The translations under genes and the position numbers were made by a program. The notes beneath the pieces were generated by a model. The model searched no databases, had not been told where the DNA came from, and saw only the letters and a program-made list of their open reading frames with translations. Below, piece after piece: positions 50,345 to 58,039 of a stretch of DNA of 64,000 bases; positions within the stretch are counted from its first letter, which is position 1; every line of letters starts with the position of its first letter. Source of the DNA: an uncultured Methylomirabilota bacterium (GTDB taxonomy: Bacteria; Methylomirabilota; Methylomirabilia; Methylomirabilales; 2-02-FULL-66-22); the NCBI GenBank assembly GCA_963845565.1, contig CAWJSJ010000002.1, forward strand, positions 352,001 to 416,000, read 5' to 3'.

Positions 50345-53300
50345 ATGCCGCGCATCAAGAAACCATGGACCTGTCTGTTCTACCTCTGTGGGGACAACTA
50401 CCTGGCGTCGTGCGTTGAGGACGACTTTCGGGAAATCTGTGCGGCGGGCGCCTCGCCGGACACGCATATCGCTCTCCAGCTCGACCGACCCACCGGGGCG
50501 GCCCGTTATCTGTTCCCCGAGCGGGGACAACGGCGGGCGCCGGCGCCCGACCGCACGCTGGGCAACGTCAACACCGGCGACCCGAACGCCGCCATCGACT
50601 TCCTTACCTGGGGGATGCGTGAGTGTCCGTCCACCCGCCTGGCGGTGATCCTGTCCGGTCCCGGCCTTCCCACCATGCCCGCGGAGGGCGGGGGCGCAGA
50701 CCCAACCCAGCAGGAGCTGTTCACCCTCTTCCCCGATGAGACCTCCAAGGACGCCCTGAACGCAGCCGAGCTGCGCCATCTCTTCCAGGAATCCCTTCGG
50801 CGCGCCCGGCGGAAGCGGGTGGACGTCGTCGGCCTGGATTCTTGCTCCCACGCCTTCTTGGAGGTGGCCTACCAGCTCGAAGGCCTGGCCGACGTCCTGG
50901 TGGCGTCGCAGACCTTCCTTCCCGGCGAGGGGTGGCCGTACCAGCGCCTCTTGAATGCCTGGCGGCGGCGGCATCCCACCGACGCCGAGAGCCTGGCGCG
51001 GCTCCTGGTCTCCGAAACGATCGCCGCCTACCGGCAGCAAAAGGCTCCGCCACGGATCGCCCTCTCGGCCATCAACCTGCGGGCACTGGACCAGGTGGCC
51101 CGCTCCCTGGATACCCTCACGCTGGGGATGATGCAGTGTCTGGGCGACAAGGCGGTCCTCGGCGCGCTGCAGGACACGCGCCGGCAGTCCCAGGGGATCG
51201 AGCAGCCCCACAACGTGGACCTGATCGAGATCCTCACGCTGGCCGAGCGGATGCTCCGCCGCCGGCACGCCAGGGCCTCCAACGCCTTCGGCGAGAAGGC
51301 ACGGGCGGCCGCCCTGGCGGACCTCATTACCCGGACGCTCGCGGTGATCCGGGGCGAGGGGGGCGGCCCGCCGCTCGTCCTGGCCAACGAATCGCTGACA
51401 GAACAGCCACTTCATGGGGTCTCGATCCATTTCGCCAAGAACCTGGCCGGGTCGAACTACCTCGACCTTCGGTTCGCGCGCAAGGTCCACTGGGCCGCGC
51501 TCCTCGGCGGGATGAATCTGATCGAGGATCACCCCCGGGCCCTGTGGCGGCTGGTGAGCGCCCTCATGGCGGACACCGGCGGCGCCACCCGACAGGAGTT
51601 GATCGGCCTGATGCTGGGGCCGGATTCCGTCATGGAGAGCCTGAAGACGCAGTTTCGTGCCCTGGAGTCCCCGCCCTGCTTCACCCTCTCCCTGGAGCGG
51701 CGCGACGATCTGGTCCAGGCCGAGGCCGCACCCGCACGCGTGGAGGCCCAACGCCTGTACCGGCTGCGCCTGGAAGGAACAGACGCCGGCGCGACCGTTG
51801 CCGAGAGCACCTGCCGCGTGAACCAGCGCACCTTTGACACGGTCCTCTCCCGGCTGGAACGCGTCCTGAACGACCCCACCGCCGACGCGGAGGCCCTCCC
51901 GCAGATCGTGTCCCTCGGACGAACCCTCTGGGAAGACCTCATGTCCGATGTGGGGGCGCGGCTCCATACCGCCGCGGCCCCGGTACCCTTGTGCGAGGCC
52001 GGGGAGTCCGACGAGGCGGCGGGAGATCACAGCGCGCCGCACCTTCGCCTCCAGATCGCGGCGGAACTGATGCGCCACCCGTGGGAGCTGTTGCATGACG
52101 GGGAGGAGCTGCTCGGGCTCCGCTACGCCCTGGGCCGCCAGGTGTTCATGAACGCACCGACCCTGCGGCAGGCGCGGCGTCGGACGGCGCCGGCGATTCG
52201 CGTCCTGGTCATCGGCGACCCCGCCTTTTCCCCCGCCTTCCTGGATGACCTCCGCCGCCAGAAGCGGCCGGTCCCCCCACAGCTCCCCGCGGCGCGCGCC
52301 GAGGCCCAGCGAGTCGTCCAAGAGTTCGAGCGACTGCGGGATGAATTGGCCGGCCTCCCGCCGCTGCAGGTCGAGGCGGTGGTGGGCGAAGCCCTCAGCG
52401 TGACCGAGATGCGCGAGCGGTTACGCGACGGCTATCACATCATCCACTTCGCCGGCCACGGCGTCTTCCGGAGGGGCGACCCCGAGACGAGCGCCTGGCT
52501 GCTCTCCGACGGGGAGCTCTGGGCGCGAGAGATCCGGAACACCTTGGCAGGACTGGAGGAGCCGCCCTGGCTCATCTTCGCCAACGCCTGCGAGGCCGGG
52601 ATGGACGCCGGGACGCCGGCCAGCCGCTACCAGGGGGACGTCTTCGGCCTGGCCACCGCCTGCATCAACCAGGGCGTGGCGGCGTATATCGCTCCACTCT
52701 GGCCGGTGCAGGATGTCTTGGCGGCCGACCTCGCCGCCGAGTTCTACCGGGAGCTGGTCTTGTATCGCACCAGCGTCGGGGAGGCGTTGCGCCGGGCGAA
52801 GGTCCGTGCTCGCGGGGGCAAGAGTGGCGGAGATGCTCGGCAGCTCACCTGGGCCAGTTTCGTCCTCTACGGGGATCCGACCCAGCAGCTGCTGCGAAGC
52901 CTGTGGTCGGGGTCCGCCCAGCCGGCCAAGCCGACACAGGCGGCGCCCGCCTCCCGGACCTCGGAAGAGCAGGTCCGGGCATTGGTGGCGGGCCCGGGGA
53001 TGCGGAGCCTGCGGACCGATGGGACGCGCGGTGCGCCCGGCCTCCCGGCGGGCGAGGTGGCTCTGCAGTTGGTCGAAAAGAACGGGGTGCGCTTCTGGCA
53101 GGCCCTCTCGGGCGACGAGGTGCGCCCGCTCGGGATCGGGGCCAAGCTATCCGACGGGGCAGCCGCAGGAGACCGCGGTCTCCTGGATGTCCTTCGCGTC
53201 GTGGGAACCTGGGCCGTGGGAACGGTCACCGGAAGAACGCAGAGCCTGATCACCGCCCTGGCCCGACAGTACGATCAGGACACCGTCCCCGAGCAGCGTC

Positions 53301-54256
53301 TCCTCCGGATCGGCTCCGACCGCAAGGGCGCGCCGCTCGGACCCCCGCCGTGGTCGTGGCTCCAGGGCGCCGCGCAGCCGGGCCAGACGGATCGAGTCCT
53401 GCTCTTCATCCACGGCACCTTCAGCCAGACCAGCGTCCCGGTGGCCGACTTCTCGCCGGGATTCCTGGCCTGGGCCGGCCGCACCTACCGCGCCGTCCTT
53501 GGTTTCGACCACTGGACGTTGTCGCTCGCCCCGGAGGACAACGCCACGCTCCTCTGGAACCTTCTCGATCCCGCCCTGCGCGCCGGGCATCGCCTGGACA
53601 TCATCACCCACAGCCGGGGCGGCCTGGTGGCCCGCGCCTTCGTGGAGCTGCTGGACCATGGCGAGGCGGTCCGCCGCGTGATCTTCGTCGGCACGCCCAA
53701 TGCGGGCACCAATCTGGCCAACCCGAAGAGCTGGGGCGCGGCGGCGGACATCCTCATCAATCTTGCCCCCATCAGCGCCCCGTTCGCCAAGCTGAGCGGC
53801 CTCTTGGCGCGGCTTCTCATCACCAAGGCCGAGGGCCGCATCCCCGGCCTCCAGGCGCAGAACCCCAGCGCCGTGGGGCCCGACGACTTCCTCGGTCGCA
53901 TCCAGGGGCCGACGACACTGCCCCAGGGAGTGAGCTACGGCGCCGTCGCCGCCAGCTTCGAGCCCGAGCCGGGCGGCTTCGACCCCAAGCATCTTCTGGC
54001 GCAGGCGGGCGACGCGGGCGCGGATGCGTTCTACGGGCACCCCAACGACCTGGTTGTGGACACGGGCAGCGTCTGGTCCGTGGACGCCGAGCCGGATTAC
54101 ACCCTGGACACCGCCAGCCGGGTGGTCCAGCGCGTCCTGCTCTTCAACCCCGAGGGCCGGGGGGTGGGCCAGGTGGTCCGGAAACGCGGCGTCCACCACA
54201 ACAATCTCTTCGCCATGCCCGAAACCATGGCCTTCCTGCAGGCCGAGCTGGCATGA
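50345..54256 (+). CDS. Clostripain-like (C11) + CHAT + alpha/beta-hydrolase (lipase-like) fusion, 1303 aa
   Basis: C11: WT..FYLCGDN, NTGDP, LDSC...LEVAYQL...ADVLVASQ...GWPY; CHAT: PWELL, HFAGHG, FANAC, FVLYGDP; hydrolase: FIHGTFS, THSRGG, GTPNAGT, NDLVV, HHN. Confidence 0.85.
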   Translation: MPRIKKPWTCLFYLCGDNYLASCVEDDFREICAAGASPDTHIALQLDRPTGAARYLFPERGQRRAPAPDRTLGNVNTGDPNAAIDFLTWGMRECPSTRLAVILSGPGLPTMPAEGGGADPTQQELFTLFPDETSKDALNAAELRHLFQESLRRARRKRVDVVGLDSCSHAFLEVAYQLEGLADVLVASQTFLPGEGWPYQRLLNAWRRRHPTDAESLARLLVSETIAAYRQQKAPPRIALSAINLRALDQVARSLDTLTLGMMQCLGDKAVLGALQDTRRQSQGIEQPHNVDLIEILTLAERMLRRRHARASNAFGEKARAAALADLITRTLAVIRGEGGGPPLVLANESLTEQPLHGVSIHFAKNLAGSNYLDLRFARKVHWAALLGGMNLIEDHPRALWRLVSALMADTGGATRQELIGLMLGPDSVMESLKTQFRALESPPCFTLSLERRDDLVQAEAAPARVEAQRLYRLRLEGTDAGATVAESTCRVNQRTFDTVLSRLERVLNDPTADAEALPQIVSLGRTLWEDLMSDVGARLHTAAAPVPLCEAGESDEAAGDHSAPHLRLQIAAELMRHPWELLHDGEELLGLRYALGRQVFMNAPTLRQARRRTAPAIRVLVIGDPAFSPAFLDDLRRQKRPVPPQLPAARAEAQRVVQEFERLRDELAGLPPLQVEAVVGEALSVTEMRERLRDGYHIIHFAGHGVFRRGDPETSAWLLSDGELWAREIRNTLAGLEEPPWLIFANACEAGMDAGTPASRYQGDVFGLATACINQGVAAYIAPLWPVQDVLAADLAAEFYRELVLYRTSVGEALRRAKVRARGGKSGGDARQLTWASFVLYGDPTQQLLRSLWSGSAQPAKPTQAAPASRTSEEQVRALVAGPGMRSLRTDGTRGAPGLPAGEVALQLVEKNGVRFWQALSGDEVRPLGIGAKLSDGAAAGDRGLLDVLRVVGTWAVGTVTGRTQSLITALARQYDQDTVPEQRLLRIGSDRKGAPLGPPPWSWLQGAAQPGQTDRVLLFIHGTFSQTSVPVADFSPGFLAWAGRTYRAVLGFDHWTLSLAPEDNATLLWNLLDPALRAGHRLDIITHSRGGLVARAFVELLDHGEAVRRVIFVGTPNAGTNLANPKSWGAAADILINLAPISAPFAKLSGLLARLLITKAEGRIPGLQAQNPSAVGPDDFLGRIQGPTTLPQGVSYGAVAASFEPEPGGFDPKHLLAQAGDAGADAFYGHPNDLVVDTGSVWSVDAEPDYTLDTASRVVQRVLLFNPEGRGVGQVVRKRGVHHNNLFAMPETMAFLQAELA

Positions 54257-54265
54257 GGCCTCGAA

Positions 54266-55393
54266 TCAGGTGCGCGTCGGCGTGATCCCCGTGACCTTCC
54301 CGGTCACCTCGTACCGGGCGAGCGCCGGCGGGTCGAAGACAATCCCATGGCCCGGGCGGGCGGGAGGCCCGATCTCGCCCTTGACGACCCGGATCGGCTC
54401 GGCCAGGACGCCGAGGTCGGTGAGCGACCCGCCCTGAAGATCCTCCAGGATCAACCCGTTCGGGACGGCGCAGAGCGCGTGGACCGAGAGCTCCATCATG
54501 AAGTGGGGCGCCACCGGCAGGTTGAAGCTCTCCGCCAGCTTCGCGATCTTGAGCCATTCCGTGAACCCGCCCACCCGCGGGACGTCCGCCTGGACCACGT
54601 CCACCGCCCCCGCCCGGATGTAATCGGCGAACTCGTACCGGGTGTAGAGCGTCTCGCCCACGGCGACCGGCACGCCCGCTTCCTGTCGGACGTGCGCGTG
54701 GCCGGCTCGATCGTCGGCGAGCAGCGGCTCCTCGATCCAGCAGGGATCGAAGGGTTTCAGCAGGCCCACCCGCCGGACCGCGTCGGCCGCCGTCCACTTC
54801 TGGTTGGCGTCCAGCATCAGCCGGACACCGGGCCCGATCAGTCGGCGCACCGCGGCGACCCGCGCCACGTCCTCGTGCGGATCGTCCCGACCCACCTTCA
54901 TCTTCACGGCGCGGTAGCCCTGCGCCAGGAACCCTCGCATCTGGTCGAGCAACGGCTCGCCGTCGAGGTGGGCGTTGATGCCGCTCCCGTAGGCGGGGAT
55001 GCGATCCCGGAACCCGCCGAGCAGCCGGGACAATGGCACCCCGGCCTTCTGGGCGAGGATGTCCCAGAGGGCGATGTCGATCGTCGCCAGGGCGAAGCGC
55101 GTCATGCCGCCCGAGCCGAGCGCGTGCAGCTCCCACCAGCAGCGCGTCCAGATCCGCTCCAAGTCCACGGGGTCGGCCCCGAGGACGAGCGGGGCGAGAT
55201 AGGTGCCGACGAGTTCCCGGACGGCCGTCCCGCCGATGCCGAGCGTGTATGCAAAACCTGTCCCCGTGATCCCGGCGTCGGTGGTGACGGTGGTCACGAC
55301 GAATTCCCAGTGCGAGATGCGCTGGATCGAATCCTGGATCTGCACGGTCGGCGGGATGCGGTAGAGTCGAGCCTCGATCCCCGTGATACGCAT
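54266..55393 (-). CDS. Mandelate racemase/muconate lactonizing enzyme family
   Basis: IDIALWD, KMKVG, DAN, EEP, GE, APH, PGHG. Confidence 0.92.
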   Translation of the reverse strand: MRITGIEARLYRIPPTVQIQDSIQRISHWEFVVTTVTTDAGITGTGFAYTLGIGGTAVRELVGTYLAPLVLGADPVDLERIWTRCWWELHALGSGGMTRFALATIDIALWDILAQKAGVPLSRLLGGFRDRIPAYGSGINAHLDGEPLLDQMRGFLAQGYRAVKMKVGRDDPHEDVARVAAVRRLIGPGVRLMLDANQKWTAADAVRRVGLLKPFDPCWIEEPLLADDRAGHAHVRQEAGVPVAVGETLYTRYEFADYIRAGAVDVVQADVPRVGGFTEWLKIAKLAESFNLPVAPHFMMELSVHALCAVPNGLILEDLQGGSLTDLGVLAEPIRVVKGEIGPPARPGHGIVFDPPALARYEVTGKVTGITPTRT

Positions 55394-55765
55394 GGACGGG
55401 CCTCCTTGTCGGGTAGGGTGGTCGCGGTGCCTGACGGGCGACAGGCGCCAGACTATGGGCGGGCCTCGGTCCTGTCAAGATGCATCACCCCGTGGCGGCT
55501 CCCACGTTTTCCACTGCGTCTCGCCTTGGCTCCTCGCACCCCCGTTTCCGGGTCGCGGAGCGCTGCGAACGTCCTTGACAGGCACCCCAGCGGTGGTAGG
55601 CTCACGGGCATTCGCCGGACACCGTGAAGCGCCGCGGGTCGGGTCGCAGGGCCAGCGCCAGGAATGGTCTCACGGGCCGCCATTCTCCCCGCCCTCACGA
55701 TGTGGACGGCCCTTCTGACCCTCGCCACCGCGGGCGACCGCCGTGCCCGCCCAACCGGAGGAGAC

Positions 55766-56734
55766 ATGATGGAGACTCAAGAGATCAAGCTCAAGGACCT
55801 CGACCCGCGGGCGTTCATCATGGTGCAGGTTGAATGCATCCGGGCCGCGGTGGGCGGAGGGACCGCCGTGGTGGCCCTCTCCGGCGGCGTGGATTCCTCG
55901 GTGGTGACGATGCTCGCCCATCGGGCGCTCGGCTCGCGCCTCACGGCCTACTTCATCGAGAATGGGATCATGCGGGCCGGTGAACCTCAAACCATTGTGG
56001 CGGCCTTCAAGCGGCTCGGCGTCCGCGTGCAACTGGTGGACGCCAAGGCGCAGTTCTTCAAGGCCCTGAAGGGGATCACCGACCCGGAGGCGAAGCGCGA
56101 GGCCATCACCCAGACCTTCTACAAGACGGTCTTCGGCCCGCTGGTCAAAAAGAGCGGAGCGAAACATCTCCTCCAGGGGACGATCTACACCGACGTGGAG
56201 GAGACCATGGCCGGCATCAAGCGACAGCACAACGTCCTGGCTCAACTCGGAATCGATACCAAGAAAGTGTACGGCTACCAGGTGTTGGAACCCGTCATCG
56301 AGCTTCGCAAGACGGGTGTCCGCGCGGTCGGAAAAGCCTTGGGTCTGCCCAAGGCGATCTACCATCGTCCGCCCTTCCCCGGCCCGGCCCTCGCCGCCCG
56401 GGTGATCGGCGAGGTCACCCCCGAGCGGATTGCCACGGTCCGCGCGGCCACCGCGATCGTCGAGGACGAACTGCGGCGCTCCGGCGCCTTCCAGTGCCTG
56501 GCGATCCTCCATGAGGACCGGGTGACCGGGATCCGCCGGGGCAAGCGGGAATTCGGCCACCAGATCGAGGTCCGCTGCTGGGAGAGCACCGACGCGGTCA
56601 TCGCCACCCCGACACCGCTTACCTGGCCCAAGTTGCAGAAGCTGGCACAACGCCTCACCGCCGAAGTCGACGGGGTCGTCTCGGTGACCTATAACATTGC
56701 ATCCAAACCGCCCTCCACGATCGAGGCCGTGTAG
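55766..56734 (+). CDS. GMP synthase ATP-pyrophosphatase subunit (B-type, no glutaminase domain)
   Basis: ALSGGVDSS, DPEAKR, QGTIYTD, PFPGPALAARV, KPPSTIE. Confidence 0.85.
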   Translation: MMETQEIKLKDLDPRAFIMVQVECIRAAVGGGTAVVALSGGVDSSVVTMLAHRALGSRLTAYFIENGIMRAGEPQTIVAAFKRLGVRVQLVDAKAQFFKALKGITDPEAKREAITQTFYKTVFGPLVKKSGAKHLLQGTIYTDVEETMAGIKRQHNVLAQLGIDTKKVYGYQVLEPVIELRKTGVRAVGKALGLPKAIYHRPPFPGPALAARVIGEVTPERIATVRAATAIVEDELRRSGAFQCLAILHEDRVTGIRRGKREFGHQIEVRCWESTDAVIATPTPLTWPKLQKLAQRLTAEVDGVVSVTYNIASKPPSTIEAV

Positions 56735-56801
56735 CACAGCGCAGCCGCCGGCCAGGAACGCCAGACCGATCCCGGTAACGGGTCAGACGGGGGAACACGC
56801 G

Positions 56802-57977
56802 ATGCCAAACAGCGGGGAGAAGCCGTTCGAGTTCCGGGTGCCAGGGACGATCCACGTCGGCGTCGGGAGCCATGAGCGAGTGGCGGCCGAGGCGGCGCGG
56901 GTCGGCGCGGGCAATGTCCTGGTCGTCACCGACGCCAACGTGCGCGCCACGCCGACGGCGGGGAAGGTGATCGAGCAGTTGTCCCAGGCCGGTTTATTGC
57001 GAGGCGTGTTCAGCGACATCCCGGGCGAGCCGACGACCACCGAGGTGGAGCAGGGCCTGAGCCTTCTCCGGAAGGCCCGGGCGGACACTGTGGTGGCCGT
57101 CGGGGGTGGGAGCGTGATCGACACCGCCAAGGCCGTCGCCGTCATGGCCACCAACGACGGCGTCATTGCGGATTATCTGGGCGCGGGCAAGGTCAAGAAG
57201 CCCAAGCTTCCCCTGGTGGTCGTCAACACGACCGCGGGGACGGGAAGCGAGGTGACGCGTTTTGCGATCATCACCGACCCCGCGACCAGCGTCAAGATGC
57301 TCATCGCCGACCCCCATCTGATCCCCGAGGTGGCGATCGACGATCCGCTCCTCACCGTCACCTGCCCGCCGCTCGTGACGGCCTCCACCGGCCTGGATGC
57401 CCTGACCCACGCCATCGAGGCGTACATCTCGGTGCGGGCCACCGCCCTCTCGGACGTCTTGGCCCTCTCGGCGATCAAGCAGATCGGCCAATCCATTCGC
57501 GCGGCGTTCAAGAACGGGAAGGACCTCGCCGCCCGAATTCCCATGCACATCGCCTCGCTGGAGGCCGGGATGGCCTTCTCCAACGCCTCGGTCGCCCTGG
57601 TCCACGGGATGGCGCGGCCGATCGGCGCCTACTTCCACGCGGCCCACGGCATCTCGAATGCCGTGCTCCTCCCGCACGTCATGGCCTGGAGCATGTCGGA
57701 GGCACGGGGACGTTTCGCCGACATCGCGCGTGCTCTTGGCGTGGACACGGCCGGCCTCACCGAGAAACAGGCCGCGGAGCGCGCGGTGGCCGAGGTGCGC
57801 TCCCTCTGCCAGGACCTCCAGATCCCCGGCCTCACGGGGCTCGGCATCGACCCCGACAAGCTGATGGCCCTCGCCCCCACGATGGCCAAGGACGCCCTCG
57901 CCAGCGGCAGCCCCGGGAACAATCCCCGCCTCCCCACGGTGGAGGAGATCGTGGAGCTGTACCGGAAGGCGCTGTAG
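56802..57977 (+). CDS. Iron-containing alcohol dehydrogenase
   Basis: GGGSVID, TTAGTGSE, DALTHAIE, VHGM, HG. Confidence 0.93.
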   Translation: MPNSGEKPFEFRVPGTIHVGVGSHERVAAEAARVGAGNVLVVTDANVRATPTAGKVIEQLSQAGLLRGVFSDIPGEPTTTEVEQGLSLLRKARADTVVAVGGGSVIDTAKAVAVMATNDGVIADYLGAGKVKKPKLPLVVVNTTAGTGSEVTRFAIITDPATSVKMLIADPHLIPEVAIDDPLLTVTCPPLVTASTGLDALTHAIEAYISVRATALSDVLALSAIKQIGQSIRAAFKNGKDLAARIPMHIASLEAGMAFSNASVALVHGMARPIGAYFHAAHGISNAVLLPHVMAWSMSEARGRFADIARALGVDTAGLTEKQAAERAVAEVRSLCQDLQIPGLTGLGIDPDKLMALAPTMAKDALASGSPGNNPRLPTVEEIVELYRKAL

Positions 57978-58039
57978 AGACGAAGATTCGCTCGGTGTCG
58001 TTCAACGGGACCCCCCCGCGCGCTTCGAGAGTGATGCCC

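Noticed and set aside
37348..52321. Long antisense ORFs (37348..39726, 45824..48277, 49373..52321)
   Set aside because: These are shadow frames of high-GC genes with no recognisable motifs.
55600..55760. Purine, ZTP or ykkC riboswitch, or 6S RNA
   Set aside because: Diagnostic conserved nucleotides were not found; kept only as an unassigned structured-leader candidate.
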